This document shows positions 37,901 to 46,314 of a stretch of DNA of 64,000 bases, piece after piece; within the stretch, counting starts at the first letter, position 1, and each line of letters starts with the position of its first letter. Where the stretch lies: contig JACPFA010000021.1 of assembly GCA_016183235.1 (NCBI GenBank), forward strand, positions 33,596-97,595. Reading direction: 5' to 3'. The DNA is from Deltaproteobacteria bacterium (GTDB lineage: Bacteria > UBA10199 > DSSB01 > JACPFA01). The position numbers and the translations under genes are program-made. The notes under the pieces were generated by a model. It searched no databases. It worked only from the letters and a program-made list of their open reading frames with translations, and was not told the origin of the DNA.

Positions 37901-39783
37901 ATGGAAAAAAGATTTTTCTGGTGGAAAAAGACAAAATTGAGGTTCGTGATCAAACGCCCAAGCCGTCCGATCTCGAACCTGCTTCCACACCATTGTACTC
38001 AGCGGCATTGCTAGGGGGATGGGAAATTGTTCAACAGATAGCCCATGACGTATTATTTTATGGTTCTCGAGTTTTACTGGTGGGGTGCTTGGTTTTGATG
38101 GTGCACCATCGGCATCAAGCCAAACTAGCGTTCGAACGTGGGGTCAGACGCATTCGACATTGGATGGATTATCGTCATTTTGATGCAAGGGCCTATTTTG
38201 ACCAATTACCAGACCTGACCCCTTCTCAGCGAGAGCTGCTTGCCGAACTATACCCGAAGGGTTTGGACATCTCACACTTGCGGCAGGGCAGGATAGGTGA
38301 CTGTCATTTGGTATCTACTTTATATGGTTTTAAACAAACACCACTGGCCCCCTATCTTATCGCGAAGATGATTCGTAAAGTAGACAAGGGTTGGGAAGTT
38401 ACTTTTCCCGATAGTTTTAACCCGGTCTTTGTATCAGTCAAAGAAATTCGTCGAGGTAAACAAAGGGGACGCGATCGTTTCACGGGGCAATACGAAACAT
38501 TTCGATTTTCTTCCGGGGCCCTGGGTGATCGCATTTTAGAACGAGCTTTGGGTAAAGTCACCCGACAGAAGCGAGGAGGCCAGGAAGGTGAGACAGCGGC
38601 TCTTATGCAAGGGGGGTTTGGTTACGAGGCTTTTGATATTTTATTGGGCCGATTTCACCACCACGAAATGGTCGATAATTACCAGCGAGGGCCTTTTAGC
38701 GAAATGTTGGATTTTGGTCGCACCAAGGTAGAAAACGTTCTCTTAGATTTTGCCAAAGACCCAGGGAATCATATTTTATGGGCGGCTACACCGGTTGATT
38801 ATAAAACACCATGGTATTATTGGGTGCCTAGTGGTCGCCGGGGATTTGAAAAAGTTTATTTTATGGATAAGGCCCGCTATTTTGTGCAGCAACATGCCTA
38901 TGTGGTGACCCAAGTAGATGCTAAGGATCGTACGGTAACGGTGATCAATCCCCATGATACGGGTAAAGAACATATCATGAGCTTTGATGATTTTTACAAG
39001 ATTTTCTCTCGGGTAGAGATTGCAAGGTACGATCGGGCGGCTATGCGCACTTACTTGGGCGATGTTTATTTGTTGCAAGGCGGTCAACGGGTTGAAGGGA
39101 TTGAAGGGCGGCTTCAGCACCGAGTGACTTATCATTATAGCTTGGATGCAACTCAAGGCTTGCGGGTTAGTTTAGACGGGTATGAGGTACAAATATATCG
39201 TAAGGGTCGTAAGCTCATTGTGTTGGGCAGTGGATTGCCGGTTTCTTTAAGAGAGGGTATTTCCCCGGGAGGTGAATATGTTTTGGGTCGTTTGGTTTCA
39301 GATGAACTTCCTGCTTCTGTTTCGGGGCGTCACCTGAAGATTGCCTTCCATCGCGATGGTAGTACGGTTGCTTTGGAAGATTTAGCTTCTCGCAGCGGCA
39401 CGCGAGTCTTGAAGGAGACGCGGATTCCTGAGCCTGCCGAGAAGGGATTGTTAGCCTTTACAGGCACGTTGGGTCACCCGCTCAACGGAGATCATTTCCA
39501 CGCCTATGAGCCCCTAGATATAGGGTATCGTATTCAACTAGGGCGGGAATTTTTAAATGTCATTTTTATGGGTGAACGTTTGGAATTGGTTGATCGTCAA
39601 AACAGAAGGGTGGCCAGATTGTCCCCTGGGCAAGAAATTATTGTTGGAAGGGAACACTTTTCGAGTTCAGAAGGGAGAACGGTTTCTGCAAATCATGTCC
39701 ATATTATTTTTAGTAGGGAAGGTCATTTGCTCATCAAAGACTTAAACTCCAGTAATGGGACGATGGTTTTTTACAATCAATAG
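34921..39783 (+). CDS. Giant (1620 aa) membrane-associated protein: helical N-region, TM segments, calpain-like (peptidase C2) cysteine protease core, two C-terminal FHA domains
   Basis: Calpain triad context: RQGRIGDCHLVS (Cys codon at 38302), QQHAYVV (His codon at 38893), VINPHD (Asn codon at 38947). FHA1 is YVLGR..SGRHLKI..DLASRSGT (about 39260-39430). FHA2 is IIVGR..SANHVHI..DLNSSNGT (about 39600-39780). Hydrophobic helices lie at about 36871-37080 and 38010-38110. Confidence 0.85.
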   Translation: MVLPVGLALLGAVLFEEDWVDEASLHQPFAHGSSDFPKNIIDEFKKVTDGFSHLAFQVPWFAREFFSVASVTADYLLTDALLEEALNLVEEHHLDAEMGMVVRERVFELSEQNKNSNEEVKLKSELLLGQLYLWIEVNQLKFAEPDRKRPAGHEYTHSKLVDGVRGKILLSLRLKDSALYHEAQRKFFILKELADHLERKVELAHAHRMMAALPVKHGLEPVQGDYHCEENCDRAKTPYAYLNGEAYSQVYQRMTVGRKSDFDKGLRVLFGKHGQGVLDGEYAGGWEDFLAKLQGEDYEGVLRFIEEETAILQQADFKTFFEFVEKASLDPATERVLDNRKAIDELSREMKAGQGLWVLLKTLEKDSQPSRAERDAILSAVVEELRAEKTKLWEEAGKLGLSPREEEYLRRLGETQDIQHATGMMEESAERYNNEDRVGSYADEEGNCSDPAGCLEPSSKYFHEVGDGYAVQLKEQWERFEEKYKGVSDYVDVADEIRGLILTQQKIQILHLKMRVTRELEVVGLSQVEREQVDELFEKLNKQGTDLTQEKVETLLKPIREQIERKALANVIESELRVTQAMAQKLFASHRDIAGFPELVINYERALRLYQGDEYEKARALFLECYHSPLRATLGEEFAEIVAKEREENEVSFWISLAIVIAATMIATVLTDGAATVWTLSVTSRFLLNGTLWYFSHEALGMGYAVLQGREIPTKGLMEHGRDLVLTLGMFGAIARGMKSFLDSVKGQLAARFLQRTGRELTELELEAEFKQWLAGSTLWNKIKFHVRMFGAEFKYFTGWNLLEGNIRLALKEEFDPLGVLIENLSPESLGQQALFLLGLKVGNFAAKPVTKFANAQIEKGILGEETYRALKVNEAEAEQLQKELMQYLAEVELGKASFEPQDRVKFFVRYLELLTERARIIGSVRNEYRHEGALEDVAVEREQTEQLAAAGQVSMQRTGEFTFVVDENTIKQLRVMGVSLTELKPGVYSLEVDGKKIFLVEKDKIEVRDQTPKPSDLEPASTPLYSAALLGGWEIVQQIAHDVLFYGSRVLLVGCLVLMVHHRHQAKLAFERGVRRIRHWMDYRHFDARAYFDQLPDLTPSQRELLAELYPKGLDISHLRQGRIGDCHLVSTLYGFKQTPLAPYLIAKMIRKVDKGWEVTFPDSFNPVFVSVKEIRRGKQRGRDRFTGQYETFRFSSGALGDRILERALGKVTRQKRGGQEGETAALMQGGFGYEAFDILLGRFHHHEMVDNYQRGPFSEMLDFGRTKVENVLLDFAKDPGNHILWAATPVDYKTPWYYWVPSGRRGFEKVYFMDKARYFVQQHAYVVTQVDAKDRTVTVINPHDTGKEHIMSFDDFYKIFSRVEIARYDRAAMRTYLGDVYLLQGGQRVEGIEGRLQHRVTYHYSLDATQGLRVSLDGYEVQIYRKGRKLIVLGSGLPVSLREGISPGGEYVLGRLVSDELPASVSGRHLKIAFHRDGSTVALEDLASRSGTRVLKETRIPEPAEKGLLAFTGTLGHPLNGDHFHAYEPLDIGYRIQLGREFLNVIFMGERLELVDRQNRRVARLSPGQEIIVGREHFSSSEGRTVSANHVHIIFSREGHLLIKDLNSSNGTMVFYNQ

Positions 39784-39901
39784 CGATCTAACTTGAAGTG
39801 ATGGATTTGGGGTTTGACAAATAAGTGTAAACGTGGGAATGATCCCCGGTCAATTAAACTATTACGGCCGGTTTCGGCTTTTTATTTTGGAGATAGATTT
39901 C

Positions 39902-40222
39902 ATGAATCAAAAATTGTATGTGGGTAATTTACCCTTTCAAGTCACTGAAGACGAATTAAGAAACACCTTTGCCGCTACTGGCGAGGTGGCTAATGTTCAA
40001 ATTATTACTGATAAGATCTCAGGTCGGTCAAGGGGATTTGCCTTTGTCGAAATGGGAAGTGCCGAAGCCGCGAATGAAGCCATTGGTAAGTTAGATGGAA
40101 CCAGCTTAGGTGGTCGTAATATTGTGGTCCGTGAAGCCCGCCCGATGAATAAAAATGGTGGTGGCGGTGGTGGTGGCAGACGTGATTTTTCAGGTCGCCC
40201 CCGCGGTCCCAGACGCTATTAA
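39902..40222 (+). CDS. RRM-type RNA-binding protein with Gly/Arg-rich tail
   Basis: Start at MNQKLYVGNLPF (RNP2) and RGFAFVEM (RNP1). GGGGGGGRRDFSGRPRGPRRY tail. RBS GGAGA upstream. Confidence 0.85.
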   Translation: MNQKLYVGNLPFQVTEDELRNTFAATGEVANVQIITDKISGRSRGFAFVEMGSAEAANEAIGKLDGTSLGGRNIVVREARPMNKNGGGGGGGRRDFSGRPRGPRRY

Positions 40223-40249
40223 TCGCTAATATTTAGTTTTGAAAACAGG

Positions 40250-40283
40250 GATTGGATGGCCTTCTGAGGCCATCCAATCTTTG
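40250..40283 (+). terminator. Rho-independent terminator after the RRM gene
   Basis: Perfect 12-bp stem GATTGGATGGCC/GGCCATCCAATC with a 6-nt loop, followed by TTT. Confidence 0.55.
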
Positions 40284-40293
40284 GAGTTTGCTT

Positions 40294-40947
40294 GTGAAGC
40301 AAGAAGAACTCCTCTCTTTACATCCACTTGATAAAGAATGGTTTGAAAGAACTTTCTCCCAACAGGGTTATCGCTTGATTGCAGGCGTTGATGAAGTTGG
40401 CAGAGGGTGCTTGGCCGGGCCTGTGGTGGCAGCGGCGGTGGTATTGCCTATCCCTTGCCCTATTCAAGGGATCGATGATTCTAAAAAACTTTCTTCTGAA
40501 AAACGCGAAGCGCTTTTCCCGATCATTCAAAGTTTAAGTTTTGCCTTTGCGATTGTCGAAATTTCCCCCCAAATCATTGATGAGCTGAATATTTTGCATG
40601 CTTCACTTGAAGCTATGCGGCAGGCCATTGCTGCTTTAAAAACCCCTCCTGATTTTATTTTGATTGATGGGAATAGGGGCTTAGGTATTAAAACCCCCCA
40701 ACGTTGTTTGATCAAAGGCGATGGGCGGAGTGTCAATATTGGGGCGGCTAGTATTTTAGCCAAGGTGCATCGTGATCGATTGATGGCGGAATATGAAAAA
40801 AATTATCCAGCGTTTCAATTTTCTGTTCATAAAGGTTATGGGACTAAGTTGCATCTTGAGGAATTGAATCGAATGGGACCGTCGCCCATTCATCGCAAAA
40901 GTTTTAGGCCTGTAACAGAGGCGTCTTTGGTGGTACGCAATCTTTGA
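40294..40947 (+). CDS. rnhB: Ribonuclease HII
   Basis: IAGVDEVGRGCLAGPVV catalytic motif and DSKKLS. Start moved to GTG 40294 (GGAG 8 nt upstream), because the track start at 40252 lies inside the terminator hairpin. Confidence 0.85.
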   Translation: MKQEELLSLHPLDKEWFERTFSQQGYRLIAGVDEVGRGCLAGPVVAAAVVLPIPCPIQGIDDSKKLSSEKREALFPIIQSLSFAFAIVEISPQIIDELNILHASLEAMRQAIAALKTPPDFILIDGNRGLGIKTPQRCLIKGDGRSVNIGAASILAKVHRDRLMAEYEKNYPAFQFSVHKGYGTKLHLEELNRMGPSPIHRKSFRPVTEASLVVRNL

Positions 40948-41198
40948 AAAAGTTTTACTGAGGCTGCTGACAAAGCCGGCGCTCCAGCGCATGCGCCTCG
41001 GGACAGGGTCCGCGGCGGGCTCCTCTGTCATTGCGAACCCAGCAGGGTGAAGCAATCCCTTCTGTCTAACCGGTGGGATTGCCACGCCCGTTGGGCTCGC
41101 AATGACAGAAAGCCCATAACGTCATCCATATGAGGTCGAAGCTTCCGCGATGGCTTTGTCAGCAGCCTCAGTAAAAATTTTTCAAAGATTGCGCCAGT
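40942..41198. repeat. Nested palindromic element (36-nt outer arms enclosing a family-A hairpin)
   Basis: CTTTGAAAAAGTTTTACTGAGGCTGCTGACAAAGCC (40942-40977) has its reverse complement at 41163-41198 (1 mismatch). GTCATTGCGAACCC...GCTCGCAATGAC sits at 41027-41106. The left arm overlaps the rnhB stop codon. Confidence 0.75.
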
Positions 41199-41223
41199 AG
41201 CGTCTATAATAGTTTCTGACATT

Positions 41224-41253
41224 ACGTCATCCCGGGCTAGACCCGGGATCCAT
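41224..41253. repeat. Family C half-element
   Basis: ACGTCATCCCGGGCTAGACCCGGGATCCAT matches one arm of the 3463/44900/54304/55311 elements. Confidence 0.5.
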
Positions 41254-41271
41254 GTATGACAGTATAAATAT

Positions 41272-41778
41272 ATGCAAATAGCATTTTCGATTTTATTGAT
41301 TTTTATTTATTTGGTTGGGTTTGGGTTGGTTTTGGTGACTTTGCCGGGGACCTGGCTGATTTTTTTAAGCACCGTTGTTTATGCTTTCTTTTTTCCCTTT
41401 GATCAGGGGCAGACCCATGCATTATGGGTTTTGGGGATATTATTGGGGTTGGCGTTGTTGGGGGAGTTGGTTGAATTTGTGGTGGGGACTTTTGGGAGCA
41501 AAACGGTGAAGGTGAGCAATGGCGCTATTGTGGTGGCGTTTATCGGTGGGTTAGTGGGGGTCATCTTGGGGGCGGCTTTCTTTTTGGTAGGGGCTTTGGT
41601 GGGGGTGTTGCTAGGTAGCTTTTTGGGGGCGCTCATTTATGAATGGGTGGTGACGAAAGATTTTCGTGAAGGTTTTGTGGCGGCCTGTGCGGTGTTGGCT
41701 ACGCGTGTTGTGGCGATCACACTAAAGAGTTCGATAGCTTTGAGTATGGGGGTTTATGCTACTTTTAAGTTGTTTTGA
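41272..41778 (+). CDS. DUF456-like small membrane protein
   Basis: 168 aa with 4 Gly-rich TM helices and an LPGTWLIF start motif. Confidence 0.6.
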   Translation: MQIAFSILLIFIYLVGFGLVLVTLPGTWLIFLSTVVYAFFFPFDQGQTHALWVLGILLGLALLGELVEFVVGTFGSKTVKVSNGAIVVAFIGGLVGVILGAAFFLVGALVGVLLGSFLGALIYEWVVTKDFREGFVAACAVLATRVVAITLKSSIALSMGVYATFKLF

Positions 41779-41800
41779 ATATAGAACCCATCGTAGTCAC

Positions 41801-41928
41801 GCCTTTTCGAAGCCGGAAGTGCAAAGTCTTGCCGAATCCGGCAGAGGCTCCCTCAACCACGAGCAAAGTGGTTTCGGGTAGCCTCTTCCCGCTTCGGCAA
41901 GACTTTGCACTTCCGGCTTCGAAAAGGC
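41801..41928. repeat. Palindromic element, family H (36-nt perfect arms)
   Basis: GCCTTTTCGAAGCCGGAAGTGCAAAGTCTTGCCGAA (41801-41836) has its exact reverse complement at 41893-41928. The 56-nt centre shares a core with 56061-56114 inside folC. Confidence 0.75.
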
Positions 41929-41952
41929 TTTTTACAAATAGTTACCAATATT

Positions 41953-42657
41953 ATGAAAAAATCGGTCTTAAATTCGGGATTATTATGGGAGCGGCTGCTT
42001 TCTTATTCGGAGGATCCGGAACGATTGCATTTGTGGCCAGAAGATGTGGATGGGTTCTATACCTTAAAGTTGGTGGATCCACAAAAATTACCTAAAGTGA
42101 AAATGCAAAAATCGCTAGCTCGTTATCGGAAGGGCGATCATTATGTTATTGAGCCAGAAGCTTTTGAAGAATTTACCAAGCCCTTTAGTTGGGATAAGTT
42201 AAAAGATTATTTTGAACCAGCGCGTTTAAAAGAGGGGAATTTTTCTAAAGAGTGGCTTGAGCAATTTTATGAAAATGTTTTGTCTCATCTAACCACTTTA
42301 GAAGAAGATGATTGGAAACAAACTTTAAAAGAAATGCAACAGCGAGGTTTTATTAGCCCCCAAGGCATTAAGGTCAATGCTGCATTTAAGGGTTTTATTT
42401 TTGATTTGTTAGTCGCTAAGCCTTCGAGTTTGCGTGAATTGGAACTCAAAATTCATTTTCATGCTGATGCATTAAAAGAATATTATGCTGAGCATAATCG
42501 TGCCTTGCAAAAAATGAATAAGAGCACTTATGTGCAAGAAGATAAAAATGATGCCCAGCAGTTGAAAAAAATTACCCGCGCTGGAGAACAGACCCACCCC
42601 ACGGTAGAAGATAAAGAACTCATCGATCTGCTAGATGACCTTACGGAAGAGGAGTAA
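41953..42657 (+). CDS. Hypothetical protein with acidic C-terminus
   Basis: Start moved to MKKSVLNSG, because the track start at 41905 lies in the repeat. 234 aa, no recognisable motif. Ends DLLDDLTEEE. Confidence 0.5.
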   Translation: MKKSVLNSGLLWERLLSYSEDPERLHLWPEDVDGFYTLKLVDPQKLPKVKMQKSLARYRKGDHYVIEPEAFEEFTKPFSWDKLKDYFEPARLKEGNFSKEWLEQFYENVLSHLTTLEEDDWKQTLKEMQQRGFISPQGIKVNAAFKGFIFDLLVAKPSSLRELELKIHFHADALKEYYAEHNRALQKMNKSTYVQEDKNDAQQLKKITRAGEQTHPTVEDKELIDLLDDLTEEE

Positions 42658-42850
42658 TTTTTTGCTATTGATCTTTAAAATCATTTATTTACGATTGAGG
42701 GGTTTGATTCAGAGTAGATTGCTTAACAAGCATCTTTCAGAAGATGCATCGAGCGTGTTTAAAACGCTTCGAAATAAATATCATCGAAGAACCAACTAAA
42801 AGATTGAAGAAATAGTGAGGTCGAAAAATTATTGAAATAATAGCGCGTGT

Positions 42851-43297
42851 GTCATCCCTGCCCCTGCCTGCGCAGGGGTAAACTCCGGCAGGGATCCAGT
42901 CATGTGTTTGTTTATTGCCGGATAAACTTCATAAAAGCTTTTCATAGAGATCTTTCCATTTTGGATTCAGTTCTTCTATCAGTCTTAATTTCCAACTTCT
43001 TTTCCATTTTTTAAGTTGTTTTTCTCGTGTGATGGCTGCATTCACATCATCAGTTTCCTCAACGTAAACAAGATGATGCACTTTATATCTTTCAGTAAAT
43101 CCTTTAATCAGATCATTTTTATGTTCATAAACTCTTCTCACTATGTCATTAGTTACACCAATATAGAGCGTTCCATTTCTTCGACTTGCCATAATATAAA
43201 TAAAATACTTTTTCATCGCGCTCTATTTTCACTTAGTGAAAAAAAAGACTGGATCCCTGCCGGAGTTTACCCCTGCGTAGGCAGGGGCAGGGATGAC
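42851..43297. mobile_element. Candidate autonomous family-B element: 51-nt terminal inverted repeats flanking a GIY-YIG nuclease gene
   Basis: 42851-42901 (GTCATCCCTGCCCCTGCCTGCGCAGGGGTAAACTCCGGCAGGGATCCAGTC) and 43247-43297 are reverse complements, 50/51 identical. The termini are those of the gene-less hairpins at 19824 and 21915. The flank AGAAAGTGCATTTTTCAAC is shared with 21984-22002. Confidence 0.55.
42929..43216 (-). CDS. GIY-YIG nuclease family protein (COG2827/UPF0213 type)
   Basis: 95 aa. YIYIMASRRNGTLYIGVTNDIVRRVYEHK...GFT..Y...LVY.E....AI.REKQLKKW is the canonical small GIY-YIG domain. Confidence 0.85.
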   Translation of the reverse strand: MKKYFIYIMASRRNGTLYIGVTNDIVRRVYEHKNDLIKGFTERYKVHHLVYVEETDDVNAAITREKQLKKWKRSWKLRLIEELNPKWKDLYEKLL

Positions 43298-43363
43298 AGA
43301 AAGTGCATTTTTCAACAAACCCATCAAATAATATTTTTGTTCTCCTGTTTACGAAAGAATCCC

Positions 43364-44884
43364 TTAAGCTATTTTGCGTTGACGGATGGCTTTTTTGCGG
43401 CTTACTTCGATTTCTCGCCAAATGAGGTCGATGGTTTTGAGGCCTAAGAGTAGTTTGCCTTCAAAGCCTAAGGCGGCTAGCACTTCGGGGCTGGTGAGGA
43501 ATAAATTTTTATAAAAAGTGCGATTGGAAATAGGGAAAAGATCGGTAAATCGTTTGGGGACGATTTCGTAAATAGGGTTTTCTTGGGCGTTTTCGCGAAA
43601 GATTTCAAAATCGTCTTTTTCTAGGGCGAATAATAAATTGCCTTCTTCTTGTTCGTGAGTGGCGGGTTGATCAAGGGGGAAGATGAGCCTTAAACTTTCG
43701 GCAAAGGGCATGAGGTGGTGCAGGTGGTCGCTGATTTCGTCGTGGATGACTTGTAAAAATTCTTTGGGGGAATGCAAAAATTCGGCTTCTAACAAATAAG
43801 AAACGTTTAGAAAAATAGGGGCATGGCTTGCAAGTTCGGTGGGTTGAAAGACATTAACATGAAAAAAATTAGACCCGGTGAGGGGTTTGTTGGGATCGGC
43901 AATGAAAAGCAGATTTTCTTTCATGCCCTCGGGGAGTTCGTCTCGGTTAATTTCGTAACGAATACTAAAGTGATATTGTTTGGGGGTAATCGAGCGAATT
44001 TGTTTGAGCATGGTGTGGGTCCAAAAACTTTTGGGGATAAACGGCTCAATGCTGCGGACCCGGGCATTCCACAATAAATAGCGGCAGCCAATGGTGCCTT
44101 CAAAACCGGCTAGGCGAATCCCTTGAATTTTGCGTTTTTCAATTTCTAAGGCTTCGATGTGAACATTGTTTTTAATCACGCCCGAATAAGATTCGATTTT
44201 ATCTAAAAAGACCTTTTTTAAGCGACCCATGCCACCTTTAACTTCGTAGAGTACACAGTTTTCATTCGAGAGCAGCTTAGAAATAACATAAGTATAAGGG
44301 TTGTCAGAATAGGTGCTGGCTAGAAAGCGCAGTTGGGCTTCTAAAAAAGTTTTGATGTCGAGGTTGGCCTTTAAATCTTCTAAATAACTCGAAAGCCGTT
44401 CGGTTAAACCGCTATTTTGAATAAATTTTTTAAATTTCCATTTTTCTTGAAAGGTTTTAGGCAAAATTAATTCTTGCAAAGTTTCGGTATCGAGTACCGA
44501 TTCAAAAAGATCCATGGAACTATAAAATTCTTTAACCAATTTAAAGTCGTACGGAAATTCTCGCTTGAGTTCTCTTTCAAAGAGATCGCGATCAGTGAAG
44601 ACATCGAGACGATGGTTGGGTAAAACCACTTGGTAAGGGATAGAGAGTTTGCGCACGACGGCTAATTCGTGGTCCATGATCGATAGCCGCCCTAAGATGC
44701 TTTTAAACAGCTTGCTGTCGAGGTGGGTGACTAAATTGGGTTGGATATCTTTTTTGGTGGACGCAAGTTCTTTGTCGAAGTTGAGCACAATCACCGACAG
44801 CCCGCGCTTGGCCAAAAAGGCGCCGGTGATTAACCCTGCCAAATCCATCCCTACAATGAGTACATCACAATATTTTTCAGACAT
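43364..44884 (-). CDS. FAD/NAD(P)-binding oxidoreductase (phytoene-desaturase-like)
   Basis: 506 aa. The N-terminal CDVLIVGMDLAGLITGAFLAKRGLSVIVL is a dinucleotide-binding fold. No further assignment possible. Confidence 0.55.
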   Translation of the reverse strand: MSEKYCDVLIVGMDLAGLITGAFLAKRGLSVIVLNFDKELASTKKDIQPNLVTHLDSKLFKSILGRLSIMDHELAVVRKLSIPYQVVLPNHRLDVFTDRDLFERELKREFPYDFKLVKEFYSSMDLFESVLDTETLQELILPKTFQEKWKFKKFIQNSGLTERLSSYLEDLKANLDIKTFLEAQLRFLASTYSDNPYTYVISKLLSNENCVLYEVKGGMGRLKKVFLDKIESYSGVIKNNVHIEALEIEKRKIQGIRLAGFEGTIGCRYLLWNARVRSIEPFIPKSFWTHTMLKQIRSITPKQYHFSIRYEINRDELPEGMKENLLFIADPNKPLTGSNFFHVNVFQPTELASHAPIFLNVSYLLEAEFLHSPKEFLQVIHDEISDHLHHLMPFAESLRLIFPLDQPATHEQEEGNLLFALEKDDFEIFRENAQENPIYEIVPKRFTDLFPISNRTFYKNLFLTSPEVLAALGFEGKLLLGLKTIDLIWREIEVSRKKAIRQRKIA

Positions 44885-44899
44885 AATAGCATTTCATAT

Positions 44900-44956
44900 A
44901 TGGATCCCGGGTCAAGCCCGGGATGACGTCATGCCGGCCCCCGAGCCGGCATCCAT
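44900..44956. repeat. Palindromic element, family C
   Basis: ATGGATCCCGGGTCAAGCCCGGGATGACGTCATGCCGGCCCCCGAGCCGGCATCCAT. Confidence 0.7.
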
Positions 44957-45517
44957 TTAAAAGTGATACATTACATTGCCAGTCATTCCAAAATCCATGA
45001 GGGCGCTGGAATTACTGTTGCTTTGAATCAGGCCAATCGACCGAAATTGAGCCGATAAACCAACCGATAATCTTTCGGCCACATAGAAGTCGGCCCCTAA
45101 GCCTACTTGTGCGCCCATGCCAACGCCACCCGTGCCATCAGCGCGTGAACCTTCGGTCAAAAAGTAAAGACCAATACCGGCTAGGGCATAGGGTTCAATA
45201 TTGGCTTCTTCGCTCATGAAATAAAATTTTAGATTAACATTCGGTATGCCCAGTAGATATTGACTATCGTCACCGGCATTGGGGCCCTTGCCATCGTGGA
45301 TGCTAAAATAAAAGTCAGATTCTAAGGCCCAACGTTGATTGAAACGAAAATCAATCGCAATACCGCCGCCGGGGCCAATCTTTAATTGGGGGTTGGCATC
45401 GGTAAGAAAAAAATCTCCCACGCCTAGTAACCCAACTGAGCTACCTTCTCGGGCCCAGGATTGGGTGGATAACATTAAACAAGTGAGTGTAAGCAAAGTT
45501 AAAGATAATTTTTTCAT
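44957..45517 (-). CDS. Small outer-membrane beta-barrel protein (OmpW/OmpA-like porin family)
   Basis: Start moved to MKKLSLTLLTLTCLMLSTQSWA (RBS AAGGAG). Eight-strand-like alternating pattern and a C-terminal ..NVMYHF. Confidence 0.65.
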   Translation of the reverse strand: MKKLSLTLLTLTCLMLSTQSWAREGSSVGLLGVGDFFLTDANPQLKIGPGGGIAIDFRFNQRWALESDFYFSIHDGKGPNAGDDSQYLLGIPNVNLKFYFMSEEANIEPYALAGIGLYFLTEGSRADGTGGVGMGAQVGLGADFYVAERLSVGLSAQFRSIGLIQSNSNSSALMDFGMTGNVMYHF

Positions 45518-45534
45518 AGAGACTCCTTTTATTA

Positions 45535-45709
45535 TTAACCGTCCCGTTACAGTATGGATATATGACATAAGATCATGAGCCGAGACAAGGAAGATGAGCA
45601 AAAAGCGCGGAGGCGTAGCTGTGGCTACGTCGAGCACTTTTTGTGAAATCTGACGCAGTCGCAGGCCATGAGCTGAAGTCAGATGTCCATACTGTAACGG
45701 GACGGTTAA
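45535..45709. repeat. Nested palindromic element, family D (copy 2)
   Basis: Outer arms TTAACCGTCCCGTTACAGTATGGA / TCCATACTGTAACGGGACGGTTAA enclose the 91-nt core (45577-45667) shared with 1739-1831. The right arm overlaps the purN stop codon. Confidence 0.75.
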
Positions 45710-46314
45710 TAGTATTCCACTTTGACCTTGCGCCCTTGGAGATGAACCTTGCCTTGGGCGAATTTTTCAATCACTTCAGAATAAAGTTGATGTTCAGAAA
45801 CTAAAATGCGTTCGCTTAAACTTGCTTCGGTGTCGTTTTGTAGCACAGGGACCACCTGTTGCGCAATGATGGGGCCTGAGTCAGTGCCTGCATCGACAAA
45901 GTGCACGGTGCAACCCGCAATTTTAGCGCCGTATTCGATGGTTTGACGTTGGGCGTGCAGGCCTTTAAAAGCGGGCAACAGCGCAGGATGAATGTTAATT
46001 ACTTTGTTAGGATAGGCTGCTAGAAAAGTTGGAGTGAGTAGTCGCATAAATCCCGCTAAGACGATTAAATCGATGGGGTATTCTTGGAGTTTTGCGATCA
46101 GAAGTCTATCAAAATTTTCGCGATTTAGGTTTTGTGCTTCGATAATGTGGGTGGGCACATGATGGGCTTCGGCAATCTTCAAAGCCTTGGCCTTTGGATT
46201 ATCTGAAATCACACAGCTAGTTTGAGCTGATAAACGACCGGTTTGAATATTTTTTAAAATCGCTTCTAAATTGGAACCTTGCCTAGAGGCGAGGACGGCA
46301 ATGTGAAAGGTCAT
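45706..46314 (-). CDS. purN: Phosphoribosylglycinamide formyltransferase
   Basis: 202 aa. IAVLASRQGSNLEAIL, INIHPALLPAFKG and DxG motifs are typical of PurN. Confidence 0.9.
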   Translation of the reverse strand: MTFHIAVLASRQGSNLEAILKNIQTGRLSAQTSCVISDNPKAKALKIAEAHHVPTHIIEAQNLNRENFDRLLIAKLQEYPIDLIVLAGFMRLLTPTFLAAYPNKVINIHPALLPAFKGLHAQRQTIEYGAKIAGCTVHFVDAGTDSGPIIAQQVVPVLQNDTEASLSERILVSEHQLYSEVIEKFAQGKVHLQGRKVKVEYY

